NCBI GenBank assembly: GCA_964057225.1
Contig: OZ059897.1
Span: 6,076,001-6,140,000 of the forward strand
Direction: 5' to 3'
DNA: 64,000 nucleotides
Origin: Auanema rhodensis
Taxonomy: Eukaryota; Animalia; Nematoda
This document shows, in pieces, positions 26,206-42,468 of this stretch. The position numbers and the translations under genes are program-made. Within the stretch, counting starts at the first letter, position 1, and every line of letters starts with the position of its first letter. The notes below the pieces were generated by a model. It saw only the letters and a list, made by a program, of their open reading frames with translations. It was not told the origin of the DNA and did no database searches.

Positions 26206-27584
26206 ATGCGTAGATTTCTCAGATGCCTTCCATCTACCAGCTCACTCCGAGCATTTTCTGCGGAATCTTCGAAGGTTGAGCTTCCGGAACATATGAAGGT
26301 ATTTCAGATGAAGTTCCGTGAAATGGGATACAACAATAACATAGGTATTCGATAGAAATGTTAAAAGGAAACAACGTGATTGGTCATTTTCCCAAAAAGA
26401 CTTTGAAGCGGCTCAGTACCTCAAAGAGGAAGTTGGTTGGCGTGTGGCAGATAAAGTGAACTTCATACAGTTTCTTCAATTTCACTAATTTGTCTTTTTA
26501 GGTTTTTGATTTAACGAAGTTTAATGAATTAGCCTTAGATATTGGTTGCGGCATAGGCCATATTGCTCCTCATATGATTAAAGAGAATGTTGGCAAGCTT
26601 ATTCAATGTGATTTCAGTAAAACATTAGTTGAAAATAGTAAAGGCTGTGAGGACCCTGATGTCCGTTGTGCTATTATTTTTCTTGTGAAAATTTCTTGAT
26701 ATTCTAGGTGATTATTGAAAGAGTTCACTGTGATGAAGAACGATTAGAACCATTTGAAAAAGATCAATTCGATTTACTTCTTTCATCTCTTTCAGCCCAC
26801 TGGATAAATGATTTACCAGGATGGTATAATTCTTCAGATTTTGAACTTCGATTAAGAAAAAATCTTCAGGTTTAGAAGATGTTACGAGATTTTAAAACCA
26901 GACGGTGCTTTTATTGGAACAATGATGTCTGAAGATACACTTTATGAACTTCGCTGTTCTTTACAACTTGCGGAGGTTACTCGATAGACCGATTAGCCAT
27001 CTAATCTTCAATTTTAGATGGAACGTATTGGTGGTGTAGGTTCGCACGTGTCTCCATATGTCAAAGCTCAAGACATTGGTGGATTATTAGCCAAAGCTGG
27101 TTTTGACATGATAACCTTAGATTCAGATGAAATTGAAGTAATTACAGTGAGGACATTCCAATACATTATATCAATTTAAGGTTGGATATCCCAATATGTT
27201 CGCTCTCTTATACGATTTACAACTAATGGGAGAATCCAACTGTACTTATCGTAGGAGTCCTACTGTTCGACGAGATGTCTTGATCGCAGCCGATTCCATT
27301 TATAGAGTAAGATTAGCTGTATTTGTAAACTTTTGAAAGTCATTTTAGGCTATGTATGCAAAAGATGAAAAATACCCCGCAACCTTCAGACTTGTGTCCT
27401 ATATTGGATGGAAACCTGGCCCATTGATGCCAAAACCAGCTAAGAGAGGTTCCCAAAATGTATCATTTAAGGTATACGTTGATCTATTAACCATATATAT
27501 TCAATATTACATCTCTAGGATCTTGGAAAATTGGTGGAAAATCCCGAATTATTGAAAAGCTTATCAAAGAAACAAGACGAATAG
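26206..27584 (+). CDS. NDUFAF5: NDUFAF5 complex I assembly factor (SAM-dependent fold, arginine hydroxylase)
   Basis: Mitochondrial presequence; [86 protein letters not shown]. Confidence 0.95.
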
Positions 27585-27857
27585 ATTCTAATATTTATTA
27601 TTTAGATAGAGAAGTATATTATAAATTCTTATAATGAATTGGCTTATTGCAATGATATCCTGAGTTTTACCCGTATTAACTAGTTACAATAAGGTCCCGT
27701 CTTACCGTATCAACATTCAACAATATGCAATATAAGAACTGAAAGGGATTAATGAGCGAGTCGAACATGGAAATTACCGGAAAGGTGCAAAAGAAAACAA
27801 GCGGGCTTAAATAAATTATTAAATAGTATCAAAAAATTATGACACAGGAGAGACTGA

Positions 27858-30800
27858 TTATACAAGCAATCCGCTTCCATTTATTACTGCAACGTTGGGT
27901 CCCGCATCATTTTCCTTCTCAGAAGCGGTGAGATGGAACTCATTTGGAGCATGATAGTGACCGACAACTTGAGCATTGGTCGAATTTTGAACCTAGAATT
28001 TTACAATTAAGAAGGATGCCTATCATGAAGCATTCTACCTGGAACGAACTACGATATTTAGGTTGGTTGGACAATGAATGGGTCAATCGAATGCCAGGAG
28101 AAAGCGAATAATCCTTTTGTTGCGAAAGTCGAATACCCGGTGAGCTGACCTCATTTTCCCTATTATTGTCTCCGCCTGATGAAGAACTCTGAAAAAAAAT
28201 TTTTGTTCAATTCTGTATAAAAAAGTGATACCAATAGCTTGGTTTTCCAAGGATCCATGCGAGCAGGTGGTGGTGGCCATTGCGGTTCACATGCAGAACC
28301 GGGAATACTCGAATCCGAACTATTTGTATCATGGTATGGTGAACATAGAACAGGTGCATCAATAGAAGGTACAGAATCCTGAAACTAGAATTATAACTAC
28401 ATCATTACGCCGTTATATGAAAAGATCAATTGAATATGTGAGTTGCACAATATAAGACCTCAATTTTTTAGATTTCACTATCGTATATGACAATGAGGAC
28501 AATTTGAGGGTCATAGCGCGCAATTGGGATAAGTAAGCCCAAACGAATAAGTCTATCTTACCGCATTATACGGCTAAGCTAGAACAGATCGAAAGTAAAT
28601 CGGAAAATTGGAGAAACGATTAGGAAAAAGAATAACTAAAAGAACTACCTGACTAGCATTCCGTTGTTTGCTCTCTAGACGAATTCGTCTATCTGACTGT
28701 CGAGAATGAGGAACATAATTATTGACCTCGCGAATCTTCTCGTAAGTTGCAACATCGACAGGAGATTCCTAAGAAAGAAAAAATAATCAAACACACAACT
28801 GCTAGTTACAACCTTTTCGATACTCGTGTATCCCATCGCTGAGTCCAACTGTTGTTCGTCATCATCGGCAACATGCTCACGAACTCTAAGAAGAGTTCCA
28901 CCACGTTTAGGATCAAAACTTATTAAAGACGTTAGATTGCCACTAGGCGTTCTAGCTAAGCCTCCTTGGTCAGGAATCAAATCTAAGGCAGATGATCCTT
29001 CCTGAAATAGACCTCGTTGTAATTATTTTTGTGATTGAATAATTACCTCATGAACGGTAGCACGACGTTTTTGTTGTGTTGATTTTTTAAATCTTCCGCT
29101 TGATTTGCCAGAAGGCAAGCTTGCGGCATTATCGTCGGTAAGCGCTCGTGTTTTATTCAACTTAGAATAAAAATCATGACTTCCAGAAGACAGATCTTGT
29201 TCATCTTCTGTTTGTTGGTACTGCAAAGAAATAGTAATTACAGAACGTAATGAGTGTATCCATGAAAAATTACAAAGGAAGGGGCAAAAGAGACTTTTCG
29301 GACTTTTCACATATAAAACAAAGGAATATGAAAATAAGCGACAAAATATTTTTTCGCTACCTGGGCTTCAGAATATAGGAGAGGAAAACACTGTAATTAT
29401 GTAGATGATATAAGGATGTTCAAACTGTTCACGTAAATTACGTGAGACTATTATTTTTATTGAAAAAGAACGGTTGAACGGTCAGTGTTTTAGCATACCA
29501 AGAAAAAATATTAACTTACCAAAGAGTTAGGTCTCATTTTATTTCTTTTCATTTTATTATTTCGATCGTAGGTGGGTAAAGGCGGAAGAGCGTCATGACT
29601 AACAATATCAGATTGAGTTACATTTTCAAACGAGGAGTTCATATAGCCACTGCTGTAATTTCATAAATTATTAAAAAATAGAAACTCATAACTATGTGAT
29701 TTGGCTGTGGGTTAGCCAGTAAAAAAGGATAAACTGAGGAGACTGCTCAAAAACTAAAAAATCCCATCATGCGTGACAAGAACCATAAATATAAACAACC
29801 ACCCTAACCACCCAGTCATGCTAAACCGTCCGAAAAAACCAAAAGATGCTCAAAAGGCTACAAGCAAGAGCCAATTCTCTTTTAAGCCCAACCAAATATT
29901 AGTTATCTTTCATATAAGAAAGTCGTGAATTCAATGTGCAACGAAATAATCTAAGGCCGCCCACTCTGTCTGCCAACCTGACGTCGTTGACCGAACTCTG
30001 TGCAGTTGTTGGTGCTTTCACAACAGGTAACGCTGAATTTCCTCGTTTAATATCTGCATATATAGTACTTGGAGGTGGAACCAACGAAGGCACCATCTTT
30101 GTTTTTCTATAAACGAAATAATTAGTCTTGTTTATACAGTTGAACCTACTTTTTCTCGCAGAAAATTACAAGAGCAAGAACAAAGCTCAAAAAGGCTAAT
30201 ACAACATGAATAACTGCTTGGGCAGCTTCAATTTGATAGTATGGGATTGGACATGACGTCTGTACCCATCGAGATCTTCAAATATAATGTTTAAAAAAAA
30301 GTAAAGAAAAAACAACCTATGAAGATCAAACTGTGATTCACAACCAGGGGTATAACGAAGAAAAAATGAAAAAGAGTACGGCAGTCCAGCTGACAGTACT
30401 GACTTCGAGCGATCGCCAAAAATGCCGATGTACCTACAAATAAAAATTAACCATTTAAAAAAATAGAAGACATACCAAAGAAATATCAATACATTCTGTG
30501 CTATGCTGATTATATTAGAAATAGCTAAGGCCGCTATTAACGGTGGACGCCGCTGCATAACCCCAAATAGACCTGTCAAACAGCATACAATCTGAAAATT
30601 CAAAACGTAACTACTCTCCGATGGTCCAATTATACTACTGAATTTTTGCTCATTCTGATTTCCAGTTTCTTTTCTATAAGCTCTACATCAAACATCAATG
30701 ATACTCATATTTTAGAGCTGGACACTGACCACTCAGACATTCGTTTTAAAATCAGCTAGTCAGATGATCGTATTTCAGTCAACTGGCTATCTGGAGCTCT

Positions 30801-33469
30801 TGAGTTTAAGCAGGCCGATCCGTGCGTGAAGGGACAAAGCTCACACTCGAGCATTTGTTTTCGAACAAGAAGAAATACTTTCTTTTTTAAGTTTAAATAG
30901 ATATCACAACGGGAGCGGTAGGTCAATAAGAGCGTTAAGGACATTTGCGATGGAATATTTTCACGCATTCGTTTAAGAACAACACCTTGAAATGCGAAAT
31001 GAGAATATACCACAGGATAATACAATAGTCCCAATACTTCGCTTGGTTGAAATCATGCAACACCGATTTCCGTACAGGAATGAAATTCTTGCTGTCGAAT
31101 CAATGACGAACTTTTAACCTGTCAAAGCACCTACGACTGTAGGACACTCGCTCGACCTACTTTTTAATTTCTCGCCTATAGTTTTTTATGTCACGTTCAG
31201 ACAATCATAATGAACATATCAGACTAATATCATGAGTGAAATGAAACCAAATATATCTTTGGATATCGTTAACACAGGAGTAGTAAATGAAAGTTAAAAA
31301 GAAAGATTGTGACCTAAAATTGGCAGTTGATCTAATTGCAACGTGAATTAAATCTTACAAAGCTTTTCAGGCAATATTGCCAGCCTGATATATGTCTATT
31401 CTTTATTAGCCATGTAACTATATAACTAGATGTCTACAAGTTGTACGAACATTTCGATTTCACACAAATTTGCAAAACCAACTTGTAGAAATGAGAACTG
31501 AGAATAACTTTGAAAGAAAAAACAGGAACATCAGCTGGACTTCTCCTTTCTTTATTCATACGCAGTCATAATGCATAGCTCAACTAACTTTTAAAAAAAC
31601 CGGCTATTGTAAGTTGGGCAAATCTCAAAGACAAAATTCAACCAGTAGTACTAATGCTACCTTGATCAGTTAGCTATGACAACTGAGCAATTGATCAATG
31701 TTATTAACGTCAGAGACTCAGAGACCAAGGAACAGCCATTCGAGTGATTAGTTTTGAGCAAATAAGGTTGCAAAGATGCGTTTCCTCCTTACTTATAGAA
31801 TCTCTCCCACATCATCTTAAAGAAAAATGAATATATGTATTTATATACATATAAAGCATCAACGCAGACGGAAACTTTAGAAACACGACAAAGCCTCAGA
31901 TATTCTCCTATCTTTCCCGCAAACAGAGAGTTCCTTTCGCATTGATTTCGTAAACACTGCATTGACATAGTATTGTCCTCTTCGAATTGCTATTGACCAG
32001 CTCCAAGTTTGAGCTTGAAAGCTTGTCATCTAAGAAATGCTAACCAAATTGAAAAGAATATTCCGGATTGCTTTTCAATCAAACAAAAATTGAAACATTG
32101 TTTACATAATTGATCAAGGCAAACCAAAAAGACAGATGTTCGGATAGATCTGGAATACTTAAACTTATTGGAAAGATGTGAAGTGATATAAATCGCGGTG
32201 ACTTATTATACGTTTCATAATTTGAGAGTATATAACGAAAACTAAAAATTTTTCGAGAACAAGGTTGTACCTTATATCTACATGTTTATGCTTCTACAAA
32301 AAGCATTCTTTGGTCCTACTGACTAATCAATATTAGTGAACCTTCTTTGTCATAGTATCTCTACTGAAGCTCTAACCATTTGCTACATATGGATAGAGAT
32401 ATCTCATCGTATAAGTAGCCCTTGCTTGGTTACCCTATAACCTCAACGAGGACACCTGACAAATAATCCAACGTTGTCTGTCAGAAACAGACAGAGAAAG
32501 CAAGAGCTCCGTATATATGATAGAATTGAGAGATAGGAGAGAAAAGGAGGAGAAAGACTATAGGTAGACATAAAAGAGCTGGCTACTATGTGGTCAATAC
32601 AAATGAAAAGAACGTAGCATCTATACAACTAGAAATAGGACCATAATTAGCATATGAGGATGACGAATGTTAGAAGAATTATGACACTGCCCTTTTCATC
32701 CCTCTACTTTGACTTAATCGTGTCTTATACCATTTCAAGTGCAATACCAACTTTCTCTGAGAAGTTACATTGATGAACACAATTGTTCATTTCCGAAATT
32801 TAGATGTATTTCCCATGTATATTGACGAGTTTTCTGACTCAGAATGTCGTACACACCAATATAATATTTTCTCAGTACTGGATCAAAATTTGACGAAAAC
32901 ATTCGGAGCAAGAACTTGCCAGATACAAAAGTAAAAATCTACTTCATTGGTAGACTAGAAAAACTACCAGGATTATGAAGCAACGTTGGTTATCATTTCA
33001 GACATTTTTGAGCTAGTTTTGAGTGCTGCTCTAACAAACATTATTCAAGATGAAGAAAGCAAAGGGAACAAACAGAAGTCGTAAAAGGAAATAGAATTAG
33101 AGGCCTCCATAACTACTCGCCTATTGTGTGAAATCGTGTCGAATATACTACTAATCAGAACTTAAAACAGCCGTATCGCTTAATTATAAATCAAGATTGA
33201 ACATCATTAATAAAATGGCGATGTTCAATGGAAATGAATAAAATTTTGGTATCAGTTAGGTAAAAAGAACAATAAAATCAGAATAAATCGAAGTATGAAC
33301 ACCAGATAAAATAAAATAAAATTATCACCTGAAGCAAGTTAAAGCCAACCGAAATCCATAGCCTGCCGATTAAATCAAAGACTTGTCTACATATAGTGAA
33401 TATAAGCCAAATGGATAGAATGGCAATCAGCCAGTTACGAACAGTCATAGCCGAACTCTTTGTTTTCAT
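27858..33469 (-). CDS. NKAIN: Na+/K+-ATPase-interacting protein (NKAIN) with a long cytoplasmic tail
   Basis: CRQVFDLIGRLW, LTGLFGVMQRRP, QNVLIFLWY, TPGC, CPIPYYQIEAAQAVIHVVL match NKAIN motifs; tail ends GSGLLV*. The start codon is uncertain because an upstream exon is possible. Confidence 0.85.
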
Positions 33470-36400
33470 AAGCTGACGATTGTTCCCATTACGGATCACT
33501 AGCCTAAAAAAACTAATTTGAATAGAAGAAACATGTTTCACGATAAAGTTTAAAAAAAAACAACAAAAGATTGCGAGCTGTTCAATTGAGTATAACCAAT
33601 AGAATGATAATAATGGGTGTCTGATACTAAACTATGAATTCCTGTTACGGAAAAGAGTAGTGACTTTGAAAAAATAAATGATTTTATGTGGCAATGTTAA
33701 CAGAAATCGTCCAGTTTGAAAGGCCAGAATAGGAGAAAAATCGATGAAAAATGATAACGATATGACAACTAATATCACGCAACACATTCCAGGGTAGATT
33801 CTATAATAAAACTGTATATAACAATAAATATGTGGACGACGACACAGGATCATCAAGTTAATAATCGATGTCGTAACATATAATGAGTACGGGTGGAGAA
33901 GATGGGGGGTCCATACTGAGAGTTCTTCTTATCAGTATGGCTGGGAGATGTCCTCTCTCATTTCTTCCGTAAGGTGAACCAGCAACAAATGGTCAGTGTA
34001 CAGGCTTTACTTATCGTTAATCCTATTAAGAAACGAATGGCTACAGTCGCATTCCGTTCTATACCGACCGGGAAACGTATAAGAAGAATATAATAAATTA
34101 TTATAAATAAAATAAAATAATAAAAGTAACTTTAAAAGGTATGTTCATAATATGAAGGCTATTCAATGTCTCCTCGTTCCTATACGTGTCGAAGCGAAGG
34201 AAACAGCACAGGTGAAGGCAAGTGGCTGAGATCTCCCTCTGCCTCTAAGCTCCTCCCACCCTAGTGTCAGTCGCAGATCGGAAAAGAATAAGTGGACGAT
34301 GGGGATAGGTAAGCAAAAGATAAACAAAGAAGGGTGAGAAGCCAAAACGAACAGCAATTAAGGACTTCGCTTCATAATATAAATTCTTAGCAGATGATCT
34401 ACAAATGGCACCGTATTGGACCGGAATGGCTAAATAAACAAAGTAGCTCCAAGAACAGATTGCATTAACCAATAATGAAAACAGCGTAAATAAACAATTT
34501 TTCAACTATATGAGGTGAAAATCAGAACGCAAGCTAACCTTTGGGGTCGCAAAATACTATTGTAGTTTGAACTCGACATTGATGAGATTGTGGAGCACTT
34601 AAGTTTTATATTCGGTCTATTTTCATAATCCTAAATTAATGAAAATAACATGCCAAACAACATAAAGATCATTTATATGAATATCTTCCAACCTTCTCGG
34701 CTTCCCAAACCATGTAATCTTCATCGTAATATTCTTTTTCTCTGTACGGATACATGCTTGATTCATCTAAAACCAAAAAAAATTTAATTTGGAAAGCATA
34801 CACCGCCTGCGAGGTAATTGCGCGCCAAAATGAAACGCGTATCATGCTTTACGTTTTTGTTCTAACTAGATATCACGTCAGGTCTCACAGCGATATTCTT
34901 GCATTCTTCTGTGATTACGCTGAAGTAATTGTCTATACGAAATAATAAAGTGCTTTCTGAGCATGAAATTAATAGGTTCCGTTTCAAATTAATGTTTAAC
35001 AAACGTACTTTCAAATTTTGAAATATTTTTCGAATGAAGTGCATAGCTGTGACTTATAAAACTGATAGCAAGTTAAAGGCAGAATGGGAATAAGGGAGCG
35101 ATAACAAAAAAATGTGGAAAGCATGATCATCATTGAGAGAAGAAAAGACGCGAGGACAAATTCAGACTTGTAGATTCCGCGTTTTAGATAAACACCGTCC
35201 TACATTTCAACATTTACAGAAGGAAAAAAATAATTGAAAACATGATTCTCAGTATGTTGGAAAGAAACCGTTATAGGAAACACTAGATAAAACAAAGAAT
35301 GGGCTCCGCTTGTCAATTTTTAAGAAAACTAGATTCTGGAGATAGATCCTGCTGTGATATTGAGGTATCTTTTTGGAACAGAATTAATCTGACATGACAG
35401 TTCAAATCAAAAAGCAGCCGCAATATAGCACCAATAAACTTTAAAGACGCAAGCATATACACACATAAGCATGAATCTTTTGGAACTGTATTTATTTGGA
35501 AATGTATTTTTATTTCAGTATTATCACTCAACATTAGATAACAGAAAAATTTGCTCGATTTCTTTTGTCAAAGTCTTTGTAATTCCATAAAAAATGGGAA
35601 CACTAGAATTAAAACTCTTAATGTCAAGATTTCCATAGATAAATAGCTCTTTAAGCTGTCATCTGATGCCAAAGAGATAAACCAATAAAACACTAATAGA
35701 ACTAAGCATAGCTCTTTGCTAAGAACATTTGAAAATAATAAGGCATTTCTGTATCTTACATAATTCTCAAGGGCTGACTCTTCAGATTTTTTTCGTGGTT
35801 CTTCGAACGCCTGGTGAAAAGAGATAGACATTTACGACATGAACTAGAAAACAGTTTGCACTCTCCTGTTTGCCAAAATAGTTAAAATGAAGCTTTTAAC
35901 ACTTTAATACTTATTTTAATACTACATCTTTCAGTTCTAAAAGTACTCATCATAATACATAAACTCTGAAATTGAATATAAACATAGTATTGCTGGTTGT
36001 TAGTATCCGTTATCGTTTAGGAACAGCTGCTATGCCATAGAGTTGTATTTGATTTGCATGATTCATTTTTAAAAATCTTATCATTGAACCATGTTTTTCA
36101 TGTATGGTAGAAAACTGATTCATAATGGTTCCAACTTAAAGCTATTACAGAACAATAAAAGTACATCGTGGTGCATAATTAATTAAAAATAGCAATTTAT
36201 TTATAAATAATCATTTATGTACATACATTTAGTCTATGTATGTGTATCTTTTTCCCTTAAAAAATGCCCATAGTATATTTTCTTATGGGAATTGGCAGCA
36301 CCAACACTCTTCTTCCGAAAAAAAAAGTTGCAATTGATTGAGAAACTAAGCTTAGGGATTCGTTTGATAAACTAAAGGCGGGATATATGTGTATGTTGTG

Positions 36401-37115
36401 TTGATGTATGTATCTGATCGAAGTAGTCAGTCCATCAGTCTGACTAATATGTTTTCATGGATAATACAACAACAAATAGCATAATATAAATTACCATATA
36501 ATCGATTGTCATATCATTTATAATTCTGTCTAAAATTTCCTATTGTTGTTTCTAGTTTCATTCATTAGTCTCGTTTTTTGCTCAGCAGTGGCAGTACCAC
36601 GAATCAAGTTAGAGCTGAAGTTCAGAGAAGTATTCTAGTACCAAAAAAAATCCTTTAAAAAAATCACATTTTACTGAATTTAGAAATTATACTTTGAAGA
36701 TTGTCCTTTTCTCGTTCTTTATTCTTGTTCGTATAAGCTTATAGCATTGTCCATCAACAATAATTATATTGTTTTTGAGTTCTTGGAAGTCTATAGAAAC
36801 AATTTTCGAAAATAATTTCTTTAAACACACCAATTTGCCCTATTTCTACCAGCTTTACTATAATCTACGTAGAGGTTGAACATCACAGGTCTCTGTTGTG
36901 CATCCTAATGATAACGACGAATTCAAATGTTACCAGATTTCTTCAATTTATGAAATAGAAATGATCCCAGAACTCTCTCAATCTTTGTATTCATACTCAT
37001 TTCCGATTCAAACGGATGTCTACTTCGAATTTCCATTTATGAACAGTGGTATGAAATACAATTTTTATTCATTCTCTTCTTCTCTCTTTTTCTATCTTTC
37101 ATTTCCAATTTTCAG

Positions 37116-37140
37116 TATATATATATATATATATATATAT
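37116..37140. repeat. (TA)n microsatellite
   Basis: About 12 units. Confidence 0.9.
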
Positions 37141-38241
37141 TGAAAATTGTGTAGACAAGTGGCCAATATTAATCTGAGGTTTTCATATTTAATTTTCAGG
37201 GAAAAATCAGAGGTTTTGATTACTTAGTGGGGTAGCCTACTTCATTTTATTTTATTATATTGTTCTTTTTACAACGTTTCTCTTATTCTAAACATTTTTA
37301 AGGATCGTCATACGAAAAGAACAAGACATTGGGGGCGGAGGATTAACAAGAGCACGGTTAACAGCAGTAAATTTAATTGAGACGCAATCTCTTCCTAATC
37401 TAGGTTCTAATTGGAAACCTAGTTTCATTTCCTTATATGAAAAACATGCTCTACTTCTTTAGTTACTGACACTAATATATTCATGCTTTAACACCCTTTT
37501 TGAATCCTTCTACACCTTTCAACGTATATATTTTCAATAAGTTAAAGTATAAAATGAAACTTTAGCAACATTTTCTGAATCTTTTTTGTCTTTTTGTATA
37601 TTTTATTTTTCAATGCTCACTTACAGACATTATTGATATCTTCCGAATCTTTTTTCCGCAGCAACGTTTCTTTATAGCCTCTAGTTGCCTAGCTCTATCT
37701 GTCAAAGCTTTACCTGATACCCGAGATTTGAATTGATGTGGTGGTTTTCGTCTATACACACTATTTTCTTAGTTGTTATAGCGGTTTTCTTTTTCTTTTC
37801 TCTCCATTCCAACAAATATTTCCATGAATGTTAGATGTTTTTCGGAGATATTATCGAACTTTAATCCACAAATCTGGAGATATATATATAAATATATGTG
37901 TTGTATATTCATGTTGAGGCAATATATTTAAATATACGCGTATATTTACATCATCTTTTATAATTGTAGTCATCCCAAATAAGGCATATTATTCAGTCAC
38001 AAAGGGTAATGGGCACGAGATTCTTTAACATCTCCATTCCATTCCACTGCATCCTTTGTCAAATGTGCTCTTTTTTCTGTGTTAATTTTTCATACAGCTT
38101 ATAATTAGAATTTCTTCGATTTTCTTCACTGATTGCTTATTTTAAGTATTAATTTGACTTTCTCTCTTTGAATGTCCTTTCTTTGTTATGTTCCCTTTAG
38201 CTAATGTCATTGTTTCAGTCTTATATCGAGGTCTTGCTCAA

Positions 38242-39399
38242 ATGCAGTCGTTGACACATTTGACAGAAACGGATAAAGAAATTCTGCAGAACTCATGGAA
38301 AGTAGTTTCCAGGTAATACATTGAAACTTAGCCTTTTCTGATATTCTATGCATTTCAGAGATATGCAATCCCTTGCTGAAGATATTTTTCAAATGATTTT
38401 TGAACAGGCTCCAGACGCTAAACTGCTTTTTACATTTATGCTCAAAGATTCAGCAAATGAAGACAAAAAATCTAATGAATTCTCATTTCACGCTCTCCGA
38501 TTTATTCAAGTTTCTCACGGATTTTTCAAAGTTTAAAACAGCTTTAACTTTGTTAGGTAATAGAAAGCACAATGACTCACCTGGGCGACCCTCAATCACT
38601 TGATGCCCTATTTCTCAACTTAGGAAAAATTCACGCTCGACATGAGGAGCATTTGGGTTTTAGGTAAGTGATGCTCAAGTTAAATATGCATAATTAGAAT
38701 AATTAACTCTTCACGTGATTTACATCCTCACATATTTTTTCTCATTTTCCAATGAAAAAAATAGTGAGCGGTTGCATACATTAAAAGTTGCAATGTTTAA
38801 AATTCTTATGATTACAGCTCACATTATTGGTCAGTTTTTAAAGAATGTGTTCTCTTTCATTTTCGTAAAGCCATGCAAGCCGAAAAAAATAAAAGCAAAC
38901 AAGTTAAAAGGTAAGACAAATACGATGCCATTTCAATTTATTTTAGACTATTAAGGTCATCAAAAAGAGTAATAGTAAAAACAGCAGAAATCGACTCAGC
39001 AATAATTCTATGGAGAGAAGTTAGTTCATAAAAACTGATAGTTGACATAACCATTAAACAGGTTCTGCGTTTCATTATCAGCCGAATGAAAATAGGTCTT
39101 GAATCCAACGGTTTAATTCGGAAAGCCAATCGTATTGAGGTTATTTTCATTTTTACTCTGCTTGAGCAATAAGAAAATTGATCTGCAGGCTATAAATTGC
39201 ATGGCAGATGCAAATGGATCACCGGAAACCAAACAAGGAGTGTCTCAGGTTATAACACACTCCAACAAAATGTATAACAATTTTATAGATCTCACAAGCT
39301 TTGCGTCGTACAGAACTTAGCGTTATTGTTCCGGATTATTTCATTCGCAGAAAATCAGAAGAAATATCTCCAGAAAGAGTAGAAACATCTAATAAATGA
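38242..39399 (+). CDS. Nematode globin (glb family)
   Basis: LTETDKEILQNSW (A helix), IFEQAPDAKLLF (CD1 Phe), FHALRF (E7 His), LGKIHARH (F8 His), GFR..YWSVF. The start may lie further upstream. Confidence 0.9.
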
Positions 39400-39599
39400 G
39401 ATTAACCCATAAGCTACAAAGCAGAAGCATCTTTATAATTGCTCTTCGAGTTTAACGTTTAGTGTAAATGCAATTCTTACTGAAATAAATTTGTAATTAT
39501 CTATTCAATCTTAATTTTCTTCTCTATTGGAATAAAATAATATTAAGGATAATAAAAGAACATATTCAAAAATCATATCACAAAAAAACAAAAAAACAT

Positions 39600-39671
39600 A
39601 GGTTCCACCGAGATTTGAACTCGGGTCGCAGGATTCAAAGTCCTGAGTGCTAACCGCTACACCATGGAACC
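39600..39671 (-). tRNA. tRNA-Gln (anticodon TTG)
   Basis: GGTTCCATGGTGTAGCGGTTAGCACTCAGGACTTTGAATCCTGCGACCCGAGTTCAAATCTCGGTGGAACCT folds as a cloverleaf and is followed by a T-run Pol III terminator. Confidence 0.98.
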
Positions 39672-40175
39672 GGTGATGACCGTTTGGTTACAATATTATA
39701 AGAACTAGGAATAGCCGGTGTTGACCCTTCACTGATAGAGGTTTTTTTTTCTAAGAAACGTTTACTCGATAATTTTCATGATATACAATATTATATTTAA
39801 TTCAATTTAAAAGACATTATGAAATAGTACTAGCATTTAACTATAAAAAAATATTAAAATTACTTTCATACTTTATGTAAGTAAAAATAAAAAAAAGTAA
39901 TTGCAAGGAATTTATTATACAATTACTTAACAAAAACATTGATATTGCACTACTTTTCTCAACTTTTCATTACAAAACGTTTTAATGGTGCTGTTGTAAA
40001 TTGTTAGTTTGATATTCATATAATTTTTGAATTGAACTGTGCTCCAATCACAAACAAATTACTGTAGCTAGTTTTGAAGTCGGTGATCCTTTAACTCTTC
40101 TGTCATCGTTTTAGCTTTGTTTGATATATACATTATTATCAATTAATTAAATCAAGTTGTTTCCTTATAGAAATA

Positions 40176-41891
<1,716 letters not shown>

Positions 41892-42468
41892 TTTTCTGGC
41901 CATGTTTCTACTTGACGCGTGTTTAATTTATGATCTATCTCATTTTCTGACTGGATAAATTATTTTGTAAATAATAATGCGTTCATATTCACCTGTAATG
42001 CAACATTCAAGATGGGTGTTTTGAAAGAACTGGTTCCTTTGTTACTTCTTAAAGGGGGGAGGGTCAAGGTAGAAGATAGTTGAATTAGTTGCTTATATTG
42101 GTAAATGGTTCTTGCAGTTGCTTAGTTTTTCTTTTTTATCCTGTCTCATGCTTTCATTTATTTTTGTTTATCTTCTTAAGACAAGTCTATGTCTATATCG
42201 TCCATCTACTGATATCAGATTAGTAAATCACAACTAGTTGCATATTGTGTCGCGCTGATTAGCTGCTAATATATTTCTCTGTCATTAGTCAGAAGTTGTT
42301 TCTTTTCAAAGGCGGCTGTCCTGAGTTTATACTTCCTTTTGACTATTTATGGAATGATTTTCTTTTCTGTAACCTTCTGTTCTTCAACAGTCACCATCTT
42401 ATGTCATCATGCTTATAATGAATATTTCTTTAAATGTTGCCCTTATTTATTTGAAAATTATATTTCAG

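Noticed and set aside
35760-35845. Exon-like segment MSISFHQAFEEPRKKSEESALENY|gtaaga upstream of NKAIN
   Set aside because: The phase does not match the NKAIN acceptor (it gives an immediate stop), and there is no other support.
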